A stretch of DNA of 64,000 nucleotides from a virus. Its lineage: Duplodnaviria; Caudoviricetes. A program made the translations under genes and the position numbers. The DNA lies in IMG/VR virus record IMGVR_UViG_2756170199_000003, positions 64,001 to 128,000 of that record; one strand, 5' to 3'. Within the stretch, counting starts at the first letter, position 1. Each line of letters starts with the position of its first letter. Positions 1 to 9,343 of the stretch are shown piece by piece. The notes under the pieces are model-generated. The model was not told where the DNA came from. It searched no databases and was given only the letters and a program-made list of their open reading frames with translations.

Positions 1-243
1 TACATCACAGCCGACGTGCCGGCGGGCGTGGGCGACAAGGGCGTGTTTGGCAACCAGCTCAAGACCGTGTTCGGTGAGGTGATGGAGCGCGACATGGTCA
101 CGGAATCGGGCGTGAAGATCGGTGCCGTGTTTGGCGCCAAGTCCGTGGCCGATCGGATCGTTTCCTCGCCCGAGCTCATTGGCACCACGTCCACATTGCT
201 CGAAGTCATCGCAACCGCCGCGGTCAGGCTCTACAAATCGTGA
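1..243 (+). CDS. Virion RNA polymerase beta-subunit C-terminal part (phiKZ gp149-like), 5' truncated by window
   Basis: GVGDKGVFGNQLKTV resembles the beta-subunit GDK...GxK catalytic-lysine motif of phiKZ-type split vRNAP; frame open from the window start. Confidence 0.75.
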   Translation, partial: YITADVPAGVGDKGVFGNQLKTVFGEVMERDMVTESGVKIGAVFGAKSVADRIVSSPELIGTTSTLLEVIATAAVRLYKS

Positions 244-262
244 TGCGCAGGAGGGACCCACC

Positions 263-451
263 ATGAAATCGCGGGAATCGGAAAAAACGCTTGTCACGCT
301 GGCCAACGCCACGACGCTCGTGCGCTGCATCGTGCAGGGTGTGGTGGGCAATGACCTGGCCGACACGTTTGCCGGCGCGCCGCTCACCAACGACGTCATC
401 GACCAGCTGGCCCAGGCGCGGTTCCAGCAGGCGGTGCAGCAATACCTGTAG
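263..451 (+). CDS. Small hypothetical jumbo-phage protein (62 aa)
   Basis: AGGAGG RBS before ATG263; sits between the vRNAP fragment and the next structural gene. Confidence 0.6.
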   Translation: MKSRESEKTLVTLANATTLVRCIVQGVVGNDLADTFAGAPLTNDVIDQLAQARFQQAVQQYL

Positions 452-467
452 CGGGAGGCGTTTTACC

Positions 468-1904
468 ATGCTCAGCGAAAGAACCCTGCTCGCCTCCATT
501 GCGCTCACCGAGCGGCTTGATGCGGCTGGCTTTGCACTCCACCCGGCCGCGGGTACGCCGCTCGACGCAATGTGTGCAGCGACCCACTTCGACACGGGTA
601 TTGCGCAAGTGCCCGATGGCAACTTCGGGACCCTGGCTAACCAGCTTGCCACTCGAACGGCACTGGTCGACCCGCTCATGGACTGCTCCGAGCACGACGC
701 GGTGCTCGATTCGATTGCGGACACGGCGATCGAGGCCGTCAAACGCCACGTTGCATTTGCGCGCTCCGTGGTCGCGCCGACCATCCAGAACCTGTATGAG
801 CGCGTCCACAGTTCCATCGAAGGCCTGAGCGTGTCTTCGCTGCTGGGTCTGGAGGTGGAAGTCTGGCGCGAACCCAAACCGGTGCTGAACACCGCATTGC
901 AGAGCGAACTGCACAAGCTCGAAGATGTCGCGCTTGATGACCCGCCCCTGTGGCTGCGCATGCCTGACATCGGCATTGCCGAGCTCATGGAACTGCTGAA
1001 GACAGGCAATGGCGGACTGGACGCTGACATTGCCGAGTGGGTCGCCGCCGAGGGCGACGCCTTCTTCATGTGCGTCTGGTGCGACTTCTTCCAGCAGCAC
1101 ATGCCCGAAGATGGCGAGCGCAACCGCACTTTCACGGAACGCGTCACCGATCGCATGACCGGCGTGCCTGTCGCACTTGCTGTCTATCTGCTCGCACGAC
1201 GCCTGCTCGACGAGAAGCCGCCAGAGGGTGTGGAAATGCCGCTTGCGAACTACCGGGCGCAGCTCGTGGAGTTTCGCAATCAGGCCGGCGGCGCACTCGT
1301 TCGCGCGCTCGATCGGATCGGCCGGGCCCTGAAAAACGGCCTGCTGGTGCGCGAGATCGCGGGTAGCAAAACCGTCGTCTATGAGCCCGTATATCGTGAG
1401 TATCTGGAAAAGGGTGGCAGCAACGAAATGCTGTTCGCCAACGCGCTCTCGCGGTCTTTCATGATGACGAGCTCCGACCTGCTCGAACAGAAGGAAGCGC
1501 TTGCAAGTCGCTGGGCCACTCACAGCGCGCTGATCGCTACTGCGGAATCCAACCAGCGCTACAACAAGACCATCGAACTGCTGGAGCTGCATTTCCGCGC
1601 GCAGCTTGATGAGGCGACCGAAGGCGAAGACACCACTGCGGCCAACCGCGACACGGTGCTCAGGCTCTTTCGTGATTGTCTCAAACACATCACGCAGAGC
1701 GATCTCAATGACCTGTACGCCGTGTGCCTGAAGCTCGTCTGCCGTGCACGGTTTTACACCACCGACGCCGAGCGCATTCTCACCGGCATGGAGCTCGCGA
1801 GGGCACGCAATCCGTCGCTCTCACCCCGCGAAGCCGCGACAGCCAGCATTGTCGATTACATCGCCTGGTGGGTCGCCTCACAAATGCGGCTGGCAAGCTG
1901 CTAA
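468..1904 (+). CDS. Putative virion structural protein (phiKZ-like)
   Basis: 478-aa ORF with GGAGG RBS, in an operon with the vRNAP subunit; resembles conserved jumbo-phage virion proteins from memory. Confidence 0.55.
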   Translation: MLSERTLLASIALTERLDAAGFALHPAAGTPLDAMCAATHFDTGIAQVPDGNFGTLANQLATRTALVDPLMDCSEHDAVLDSIADTAIEAVKRHVAFARSVVAPTIQNLYERVHSSIEGLSVSSLLGLEVEVWREPKPVLNTALQSELHKLEDVALDDPPLWLRMPDIGIAELMELLKTGNGGLDADIAEWVAAEGDAFFMCVWCDFFQQHMPEDGERNRTFTERVTDRMTGVPVALAVYLLARRLLDEKPPEGVEMPLANYRAQLVEFRNQAGGALVRALDRIGRALKNGLLVREIAGSKTVVYEPVYREYLEKGGSNEMLFANALSRSFMMTSSDLLEQKEALASRWATHSALIATAESNQRYNKTIELLELHFRAQLDEATEGEDTTAANRDTVLRLFRDCLKHITQSDLNDLYAVCLKLVCRARFYTTDAERILTGMELARARNPSLSPREAATASIVDYIAWWVASQMRLASC

Positions 1905-2363
1905 CGCACATCGGGTACTTCAGGCCAGACCTGCAGGCACGGCGGGGCACAAGCAGGCAAGCCAGCGCTACGGATCGCCCTGCGCATTACCGGTTCGCGC
2001 AAACCACGAAATAGCCAATCAGGAACGGCACGAAGAGTAGCGTGCCCACGACAAGTCCCTTGATCTGGGATGCGCGTTCATCATCTCTTTTGCCAACCTC
2101 GTTCGCCACAACAGGCTGGTCTGCCACGTGTGTTTCCGCGGCAGGCGCAAACGAGTACAGCGTGTGAACGCGATCAAGCATGCGGGAGTGATCAAGCAGC
2201 AGCGCAAGCGGACCCATGGCGGTTCTCCAACAGAGGAATATCGAGACAGAGAACAGAATAAATGCAAGGGCTCATCTTTGAGCCTGGACAAATCTGAAAC
2301 ACATTGCTGCGTGACATTCCGTCGCATTGCCGTCTTCAGATCGTGCCACTACCGGGAGATCAC

Positions 2364-3089
2364 ATGGACCCGAAGCATCTGGTGAGAGACCCCAACCGGG
2401 TGAAGGGCGCCCTCGCGGAAACGCCAGATGGCAAACTGGTCGCGAAGGCGCCCGTCAAGATCTATATCCCGACGCGCTTTGCCGAACGAGGTCTCGCCGA
2501 AGTCGGCATCGAGACGTTTATTTATGGCGTTTATGCCATCACTGTTGAAGACAGCTACTACGGCGTCTCTCTCGTGAACGCCATGATTCGCATCCAGCCG
2601 ACCTCGATGATGAAAGTGCTCGCGGGAGAGGACGAGTACTTTGAGTTCGAATTCGAGAAAGGTGCGGTTATCGCGCCATCGTTAAATCTCGTCAAGAATG
2701 ATGCACTCGTCTACCGGATATTCAACGAAATGCTCGCGGGTGCCCATGTGCCGTGGTACATCGGCTATAACGAGATGGCGTGTCTGCTCGACAGCGCCAA
2801 ATATCACGCCGGTGCCAATGTCGGACGGAACCACGACATCACCGAGCTGCTCGTCTCTGTCATTTCGAGAAACGCTGGCGACCGCCACGAGTTCTATCGA
2901 ACCGCGGTAAAGAGCCAGCATGATCTTCTCGCCAGTCCCCCCGTCTTCATTCCCCTTCGTTCCATCGAATTCGCTGCGACAAGCGCCCTGAACAAGATCG
3001 CAGGCAGCTACTTCAGCCGCGGCGTCGTCAGTGCGCTCATCAGCCCGAGCACGCGGGTTGAACGGCTGAACGACATTCTTGCGCGCTAA
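2364..3089 (+). CDS. Putative virion structural protein (phiKZ gp157-like)
   Basis: GGAG RBS; KIYIPxRF N-terminal motif recalled from jumbo-phage virion proteins; synteny. Confidence 0.5.
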   Translation: MDPKHLVRDPNRVKGALAETPDGKLVAKAPVKIYIPTRFAERGLAEVGIETFIYGVYAITVEDSYYGVSLVNAMIRIQPTSMMKVLAGEDEYFEFEFEKGAVIAPSLNLVKNDALVYRIFNEMLAGAHVPWYIGYNEMACLLDSAKYHAGANVGRNHDITELLVSVISRNAGDRHEFYRTAVKSQHDLLASPPVFIPLRSIEFAATSALNKIAGSYFSRGVVSALISPSTRVERLNDILAR

Positions 3090-3339
3090 CCACTCGGGCA
3101 GTTTATGTTTCATTGCGGGGCTGCTTCATTACCTCGTGTTACCTCAATATCCGCCATTCGGCTCGACGCACGTGAATACCTCAAGCAGCGCCGACGATTT
3201 GCACCCTTGCAGCACACATACGCTTTGCCGACGTTTGCTTACACATCGAAAAGGTTTTTCATCTCGTGACGCCTTACGCTTCATTCACGGCCTGAGTGCC
3301 GCGCTGCACGAAACAGAACAACACTTTGCGGGAAACAGA

Positions 3340-4074
3340 ATGAAGAACCTTTTCGCCCTCAACACACGCAACACTCGCCACCCGGTTGTATCGGGACTTG
3401 TATCCAGCGTGACGGCCGGCGCAGCATTGATCGCGGCTTGCCTCGCCGCACCGTTGCCCGCATCCGCACAGGTCATGGTTCTCGCCCCGCCGGCGGCACG
3501 CTATGAAACCGCACCGCCTCCGCGCGCCGGCTACGCATGGCAAGGTGGCTACTGGGGCTGGCAGCAGGGCCGTTACATGTGGACTCAGGGTCAGTGGATC
3601 AGCGCACCCCATGGGCGTCCCCTGCCGCCACCGCCGGCGCCCGTCTCGAATGTCATGAGACTGTCGGCCGATGCCCTGTTCCCGTTTGATCGCGGCAACG
3701 TCACCGATATCCTGCCAGGCGGGCGGGCTCAGATCCGCACGATTGCCGCGAAGCTGCGTGCAATGCCGTTTGGACGCATGGAGGTACGTGGCTATACGGA
3801 TCGCCTCGGCTCGCCCACGTATAACCTTGGGCTGTCCCAGCAGCGCGCCGACGCCGTCAAGATGCTGCTGATCCAGCAGGGTGTACCGGCCGATCGCATC
3901 ATCGCACGTGGAATGGGACCGCAGGATCCGATCACGCAGTGCTCGATCAATCAGCCTCAGGACAGGCTTGTGGCGTGCCTGCAGCCGGATCGCCGCGTCG
4001 AAATCGTCACGTTCGCCCGCACCGCAGAGCGCCCGATGCCGCCGATGGCCGCAAACCCGATGTACCGGCGGTAA
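3340..4074 (+). CDS. OmpA/Pal-family peptidoglycan-binding protein with signal peptide and YXWGXW-like repeat
   Basis: Ala-rich signal peptide; GYAWQGGYWGWQQGRYMW repeat; OmpA_C motifs LSADALFPFD, GYTDRLGSPTYNLGLSQQRADAV, CLQPDRRVEI. Confidence 0.9.
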   Translation: MKNLFALNTRNTRHPVVSGLVSSVTAGAALIAACLAAPLPASAQVMVLAPPAARYETAPPPRAGYAWQGGYWGWQQGRYMWTQGQWISAPHGRPLPPPPAPVSNVMRLSADALFPFDRGNVTDILPGGRAQIRTIAAKLRAMPFGRMEVRGYTDRLGSPTYNLGLSQQRADAVKMLLIQQGVPADRIIARGMGPQDPITQCSINQPQDRLVACLQPDRRVEIVTFARTAERPMPPMAANPMYRR

Positions 4075-4238
4075 TCCCACGCGTTTCGTCAGAAGCGCGT
4101 GCCGACGCCGCAGCCTGCAGCAAACCCGCCGTTACCGCCCGCGCCACTGCATCCGAAGATGCCGCAACCGCCCAGCAGGGCAGACAGGATGGCGACGGCG
4201 ACAAGGGCTCGCAGGAGTGTCATAAGTGATCAGTGAGT

Positions 4239-4332
4239 TGGCGGAAACGGAGGGATTCGAACCCTCGATCCAGGTTTTGGCCCGGATGCTCCCTTAGCAG
4301 GGGAGTGCCTTCGACCTCTCGGCCACATTTCC
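4239..4332 (-). tRNA. tRNA-Ser(GCT)
   Basis: GGAAATG acceptor stem, CT-GCT-AA anticodon loop, long variable arm, GGTTCGAATCC T-arm, encoded CCA. Confidence 0.95.
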
Positions 4333-4334
4333 GG

Positions 4335-4408
4335 TGGAGCGGGTGAAGGCAATCGAACCCTCGTCGTAAGCTTGGAAGGCTTCTGCTCTACCATTGAGCT
4401 ACACCCGC
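4335..4408 (-). tRNA. tRNA-Gly(TCC), with a T-stem G53:G61 mismatch
   Basis: GCGGGTG acceptor stem, CT-TCC-AA anticodon loop, GGTTCGATT T-loop, encoded CCA. Confidence 0.9.
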
Positions 4409-4691
4409 GAGTGATGCTCGCCTTGGCATCTGTATAGGCGGAAATCCGAAAACCCGGCGCCATTGGCATGACCGGGCTTTTCCCCGTGGCGCGACCCGCT
4501 TCAACAGGATCGCAACGCCACGCGGCCCGTCAGCTTATCGGACCGCTCATTCTCCCACAATAGAAAATTGTCAAACCTTGTGCGCGCTTTCGTGCGCGCA
4601 CACGAATTTCAATTGTCGTGCCAGCTTCCCGGTCAACGGCGAAGCCTGCCTCAGGAAATTCTATGTCCCGAACATGGAATGAGGCCCGGTC

Positions 4692-5447
4692 ATGACCAAC
4701 TATGTGCGCTTCGGGCTCACGGCGCTGAACGGCATGAACAAGTCGGGCAGCCTCAAGCCCGACGCCAATGGCTACTACCCTGTGGTGCTGGGCGGGTTGA
4801 ACATGTACAACTCGGTCAACCAGTACTACCCGTACGAACCGGCCCGCGAGATATTCGAAAACTCCAGCCAGTTCATGCGCCGCGTTCAATCCGGCAACCT
4901 GCGTGGCGAATACGGCCATCCTAAACGCCTGCCCGGCCAGAACATCGAGGATTATGCACGGCGGATTCTCGATATCGACGTCAACAATGTCTCGCATCAC
5001 ATTGCCGAGATCCGGCTCGATTTCGAAAACTACAGGGATCCGGACGGCCGCGGCATCATCGCAATTCTTGGGCAGGTCAAACCCTCGGGGCCCCAGGGCG
5101 TGCACCTGAAAAACTCGCTCGACAACCCGCGCGAGAATGTCTGTTTCTCGATCCGCTCGTTCACGCTCGACGTGCCGGTCGGGCGCACTGTGCGGCGCGA
5201 GCTCAAGAACGTCGTGACGTGGGACTACGTCAACGAGCCAGGGCTTTTCATCGCGAGCAAGTTCAATTCGCCAGCACTTGAAGAAATCGACGAAACGATG
5301 TTCTCAAAGCTGCAACTCGACCGTGCCGTGGCGACAACCGGCAATCCCGCCATCGGACTGGAGTCAGCGAGGCTGACCCTCAATGAGCTCTACCAGTCGC
5401 TTGGATGGCTTGCTGAAACGGCCACTCCATCATGGCTTGCGTGGTGA
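4692..5447 (+). CDS. Prohead (head maturation) serine protease, phiKZ gp175-like (peptidase S80)
   Basis: Motifs GEYGHP, NVSHHI, CFSIRS, VTWDYVNEPG; C-terminal ALE and GLE putative autocleavage sites. Confidence 0.9.
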   Translation: MTNYVRFGLTALNGMNKSGSLKPDANGYYPVVLGGLNMYNSVNQYYPYEPAREIFENSSQFMRRVQSGNLRGEYGHPKRLPGQNIEDYARRILDIDVNNVSHHIAEIRLDFENYRDPDGRGIIAILGQVKPSGPQGVHLKNSLDNPRENVCFSIRSFTLDVPVGRTVRRELKNVVTWDYVNEPGLFIASKFNSPALEEIDETMFSKLQLDRAVATTGNPAIGLESARLTLNELYQSLGWLAETATPSWLAW

Positions 5448-5530
5448 CTATACTCAAGAACGATCAGGGCCGGCAGATATCGCTGCCGGCCCCTATGCCG
5501 CCCCGGATTCATTCAAACCAGTTTCGGGCA

Positions 5531-5538
5531 TATATCAC
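5531..5538 (+). promoter_or_regulatory. TATATCAC putative phage early promoter
   Basis: Identical intergenic 8-mer recurs six times upstream of + strand genes; resembles the phiKZ early promoter TATATTAC. Confidence 0.6.
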
Positions 5539-5640
5539 TGCCCTGAACTGGAACGCAGTTGATCGACGGGTTCGCCTGTCAAATTCTTACCGCGTTCCAG
5601 CCTTCTATGCAGTGAAACCCTTCTTCAACTGGAACCGCGT

Positions 5641-6189
5641 ATGGCCAAACTCAACGTAAGCGAACGGGACCGATCCGTACTGATCTTCAGGGCACAGAAG
5701 TATCGGCTCAACATCCTGCAGTCACAGCTGAAACAGGCGCGCATGATTGAGGTGGCGCGCAAAGACATCGTGGTGGGCAATCGCAGTGACAATCCCATCG
5801 ACAACGCCATACAGGTGCGCTTCTCCCGCAACGGCGGCGAAGATGCCAACCAGGAGATCGCGTTTTTCTGCGTCGACGGGAAATACATCGTGCTGCTCGG
5901 CCAGGAAAAGTGCGCGAGCCTCGTAGCCAAAGACGTGCCAGTCATTTACGGACGCCTGATCTCTGCCCATGCCCTCAAGCAGGCGCGCGTCGACGTCGCC
6001 ATGACGGACGAGCCCGCTCGAGAAAGCGTACCCATCGAAGTACCCGCGAATCTATCCCCACGCGCCCCCGCGCGCGAGCGCGAACTGCCGCGTGCCGCAC
6101 GGCGCCCCACTCGCAAGAACCGGGCCCGTCGCGCCAACGCTTTGGCACGCCAGAGCGCCAGCGCACCGCGTCCTTCAACTGGAGGGTAG
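5641..6189 (+). CDS. Hypothetical jumbo-phage protein (possibly gp176-like) with basic disordered tail
   Basis: ORF following the protease; synteny only. Confidence 0.5.
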   Translation: MAKLNVSERDRSVLIFRAQKYRLNILQSQLKQARMIEVARKDIVVGNRSDNPIDNAIQVRFSRNGGEDANQEIAFFCVDGKYIVLLGQEKCASLVAKDVPVIYGRLISAHALKQARVDVAMTDEPARESVPIEVPANLSPRAPARERELPRAARRPTRKNRARRANALARQSASAPRPSTGG

Positions 6190-6283
6190 CCGCACAAAAG
6201 CCACTGCCCTCCACCCGCATTCACGACGCCGAGGACCCATCAGGGTGCCGGCACAACTTCCCGATCTAACAGGATACCGAACG

Positions 6284-6748
6284 ATGAGCACAAGCACCGT
6301 AATCGCTGAAGAGACCCTTTCAGCTGCAGTCCGCAAAGACCTCTCGGTCGACGACAAGGGCAACGTAAAAGGTCCTGACGACCTTTACGAGCGGCATCTT
6401 CCCGAAGGGCTCACGATGGAGATGGTCAACCGCGCAAGCGAGCACCGCAAGCGCTTTGGTGTCGCTGCGTACGAAGCTTTCGCCGAGGTCTCCGAAGACG
6501 CGCTGAAGCAGAACAAGGATCTTGATCGCACCTCGATGCGACTCACCACGAACGGCGACGACCTGCTCAGCGCGCAGTACCAGCGCTCGGTCAAACGAGC
6601 CGTGAAGGGTGAAAAAGGCAAGGTCAGCAGCGAAACCGTCTATGGTGTCCTTTCGCACAAGTACACCGTGCAGGCCGGATTCAGCGAAGACTACGCCTCC
6701 GTCGAGGAGCGCTACGCGAAGCAGGGCAAAAAACTCTTCGCAAGTTGA
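6284..6748 (+). CDS. Hypothetical jumbo-phage protein
   Basis: AGGA RBS; LYERHLPEGLTME motif recalled from phiKZ-like phages; strongly biased codon usage. Confidence 0.6.
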   Translation: MSTSTVIAEETLSAAVRKDLSVDDKGNVKGPDDLYERHLPEGLTMEMVNRASEHRKRFGVAAYEAFAEVSEDALKQNKDLDRTSMRLTTNGDDLLSAQYQRSVKRAVKGEKGKVSSETVYGVLSHKYTVQAGFSEDYASVEERYAKQGKKLFAS

Positions 6749-6826
6749 TCTTTCCTGTCCCGGGCGCGGTGCGGTTTCATACCCAGCAGCGCCCTTTCAC
6801 CCGTTCCAGTCAGGTGTCTCACCATC

Positions 6827-7384
6827 ATGAGCGATGAGCCAGAAGAAACCTCCCTGACCAGCATCTGCCTCGTTCTCCTGCGCGAAGTCCGCATGGAACA
6901 AGGCTACCGTCAGGCCTACCTCGCCAGTTGGGTCGGCAGAACAACGGGTACGTGGACGAAAATCGAAGCTGGCACGAATCCGCTCCAGCTCGATGTCCTC
7001 TTCCACATCTGTACATGCATGCGGATCACACCGTCCCATGTGCTCGCCACAGCAGAACGCTACGCCGTCATTCTCAGTCAACACGGCTGGTCAATCCTGA
7101 CGTCGCATCTGCCTTCGAAAAAGGACAGTCTTCTACGTCTGGCCCAGCAGTACTGGACACTACCTGCGAGGTCGCGCGGATTGGCACCCCGACGTGGGTC
7201 CGTGCTGGACGGTCCGCTGTATGGCGGCAATCCGCACGAAGTCCCTCTGCCTGCCGTTTTCCAGTTCGCTCTTGATCCTGCGTATCGTGCTGCAACTCTT
7301 GACGGCGCCGCTGTTGCGCACCTCGACCCCGCTGGCCACATGCAGTTGCCCGGCAGACCACCGATGCAAGCCAGCGTAGCGTAA
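6827..7384 (+). CDS. XRE-family helix-turn-helix transcriptional regulator
   Basis: LREVRMEQGYRQAYLASWVGRTTGTWTKIEAG is an HTH_XRE signature. Confidence 0.8.
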   Translation: MSDEPEETSLTSICLVLLREVRMEQGYRQAYLASWVGRTTGTWTKIEAGTNPLQLDVLFHICTCMRITPSHVLATAERYAVILSQHGWSILTSHLPSKKDSLLRLAQQYWTLPARSRGLAPRRGSVLDGPLYGGNPHEVPLPAVFQFALDPAYRAATLDGAAVAHLDPAGHMQLPGRPPMQASVA

Positions 7385-7421
7385 CGATCTCCAGTTCGCT
7401 CCTTCCCGTGTTCGCACGGGT

Positions 7422-7456
7422 TGACGGGATGGGCAACCCCCATCCCGTCGTTTTTC
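7422..7456 (+). terminator. Intrinsic terminator
   Basis: GACGGGATGGG/CCCATCCCGTC stem followed by a T-run. Confidence 0.6.
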
Positions 7457-7478
7457 CAGCTTCTCTCTTTTTCCGCTC

Positions 7479-7706
7479 ATGCCCCAGCATACTGTCATCG
7501 TGCTTGTCGCGGTCGCAGTCCTTCTCTGGTGTCTCATCGGCACCGTGCTGTTGAACCGCATCCCCCTGCTTTCGGACCCACGTCTGCACACCAGCATTCA
7601 CCATCGCTCCGCAATCAGCTCGCTTCTGGTTGTGATTGTTCTCATCACGTTCTGGCCGGCAGGGAAATCAATCAGCGCGTGGCTCACGAGCCGGGCCCGC
7701 AATTAG
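7479..7706 (+). CDS. Small two-TM membrane protein
   Basis: Two hydrophobic stretches in 75 aa. Confidence 0.5.
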   Translation: MPQHTVIVLVAVAVLLWCLIGTVLLNRIPLLSDPRLHTSIHHRSAISSLLVVIVLITFWPAGKSISAWLTSRARN

Positions 7707-7763
7707 GCCGCCGGCATCGCGTCAGCCCGCCCTTTCCGTATCAGCTCAGTCAGGAATCACGCC

Positions 7764-8264
7764 ATGTCCCTACCCGACAGAAAAGAGGTGGATCAGCTCT
7801 TCCTCGCGCATAGCACCTTCATTGTCCCGCCGGACGTCAGCGGTTCATACGCAGTCATGTCTGCCGAGCAGTTTCACGCAGCGCTCGCGCAGCTCGACTC
7901 GTCACTACGAGCGCATCGGTCCGTGACGACGGAACCCGCCGGTGTCATGAAACTACCGGACGGCAGCGCCTGCGCAATCGTGAGCCTTCCGCTACCGAAG
8001 GACCACTGGCTGTATGCGCCTCGCACCTACGCCACGAACCGCACTGATTACGAGCCCGATGAGTTGCCCGAGCCCGTGCTCGAACCGCAATACCGCGACG
8101 CGGTTGTGACCGCTGCGCGATATGCCGTGCGCGCCGCAACGATGTGTGGACAGGAGCCCGATTTTGATCCCGACGCGCTCGTGCGCAATGTGGCCTATGC
8201 CCTTTGTGGGCCCTACGCGCCGGTCTCGCCTGCCAACGATGACCGATCGCCCTCATCCAGCTGA
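7764..8264 (+). CDS. Hypothetical protein (phage/plasmid accessory)
   Basis: AGGA RBS; PLPKDHWLY and MDFDPDA-like motif typical of phage accessory proteins. Confidence 0.6.
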   Translation: MSLPDRKEVDQLFLAHSTFIVPPDVSGSYAVMSAEQFHAALAQLDSSLRAHRSVTTEPAGVMKLPDGSACAIVSLPLPKDHWLYAPRTYATNRTDYEPDELPEPVLEPQYRDAVVTAARYAVRAATMCGQEPDFDPDALVRNVAYALCGPYAPVSPANDDRSPSSS

Positions 8265-8318
8265 TCACCACGCACCTCAAAGCACGGTGGCCAGCTATCC
8301 GATCCTTCACAAGGACCT

Positions 8319-8774
8319 ATGCCAACTCACCTCGTCATAATGGCGTGCTCCGCGACCAAGGCGGCAGAAGCTGCGCCCGCAATCGAGCTCTATCGGGGCG
8401 TGATGTATTCGACATTGCGAGCAAACATGCCCGCCCAGCCGCCGGCGATTGTCATCCTGTCGGCGAGATACGGCTTTCTGCTTCCGGCCCAGATCGTCGC
8501 TCCCTACGAACAACTGATGACCAATATGCGCGCCGGCGAAATGCTCGCGAACCTCCCAGCATTCGACACGATCGACTGGCCGTCAGGCCTGCGCTCCATC
8601 TTCCTTGCCGGAGGGAAGGCCTATCGGCGTGTCATGCACGCGGCGGTTGAACGTCGTATTGGCCTCGGCATGATCGCGGTGACCACGACGATCGCAGCAA
8701 CGGCAGGCGGGATTGGCCATCAGCGTGCGCAGCTCGGCGCATACCTGAGGTCCATCGCCACCGGCGAGACGTGA
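8319..8774 (+). CDS. DUF6884-like protein
   Basis: IMACSATK, ELYRG, ILSARYG, PYEQ, GGKAY, GIGHQ motif set. Confidence 0.7.
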   Translation: MPTHLVIMACSATKAAEAAPAIELYRGVMYSTLRANMPAQPPAIVILSARYGFLLPAQIVAPYEQLMTNMRAGEMLANLPAFDTIDWPSGLRSIFLAGGKAYRRVMHAAVERRIGLGMIAVTTTIAATAGGIGHQRAQLGAYLRSIATGET

Positions 8775-8838
8775 CATTCCGCGCCCGCCGCGCGCAAGTA
8801 CGCAACACCATTCAACAAACCTCATTGAAAGACAACGC

Positions 8839-9111
8839 ATGAAAACCATCACGATGCCGGTCATCGCGACCTGCCACATCTCCAAAGAAACCGACCAGAT
8901 TCTGCAGGACAACGGCGACAGAAATCCGTGGACTATTGCCGCGCCGTATGACGAAGGCGTCTTCATTTACATCCAGTCCGAAGACATGGAGGGCCAGCCC
9001 GCGGAGCTCGGCGATATCTTCGCGTGGGCCCGGAGGCACGGGCATGAATGGGTTTGCATTGACGCGGCTGGAGACGTCGTTGATGAGCTTCCATCATACG
9101 ACTGGGACTGA
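8839..9111 (+). CDS. DUF5983-like small acidic protein
   Basis: ATCHIS...WARRHGHEWVCIDAAGDVVDELPSYDW pattern. Confidence 0.6.
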   Translation: MKTITMPVIATCHISKETDQILQDNGDRNPWTIAAPYDEGVFIYIQSEDMEGQPAELGDIFAWARRHGHEWVCIDAAGDVVDELPSYDWD

Positions 9112-9112
9112 C

Positions 9113-9165
9113 GGGATAGACGCCCTCCCCGATGGGAGGGCGTCTATCCCCTTTCTTTTTTCTTT
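9113..9165 (+). terminator. Intrinsic terminator
   Basis: 17-bp perfect stem GGGATAGACGCCCTCCC/GGGAGGGCGTCTATCCC followed by a T-rich tail. Confidence 0.8.
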
Positions 9166-9343
9166 GACCCGGAACAGTACAATCAGGACGTCACCGCACT
9201 GTTCGCCGCCACGGCTGATCCGATCGACCGCCTGCTCATTACTGTTATCCTGATGGCTTTCTGGCCAGTCGGAAAGATACTCAGCCTTGGCTCACGCGAA
9301 ACTGTCATTGACAGCCCAACGCACAGGCGCCGGCAACCCACAC

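Noticed and set aside
224-1688. Long antisense ORFs (224-1156, 396-1688; similarly 18281-19636, 50579-51712, 58224-59192)
   Set aside because: These are shadow ORFs opposite well-supported genes, expected in GC-rich DNA with strong codon bias.
1905-2363. Coding or ncRNA feature in the 460-bp gap
   Set aside because: Only short ORFs without RBS or motifs, and no convincing RNA structure.
4239-4408. tRNAs as the prophage attachment site or boundary
   Set aside because: Phage core genes lie on both sides; no integrase or duplicated tRNA 3' end was seen in the window.
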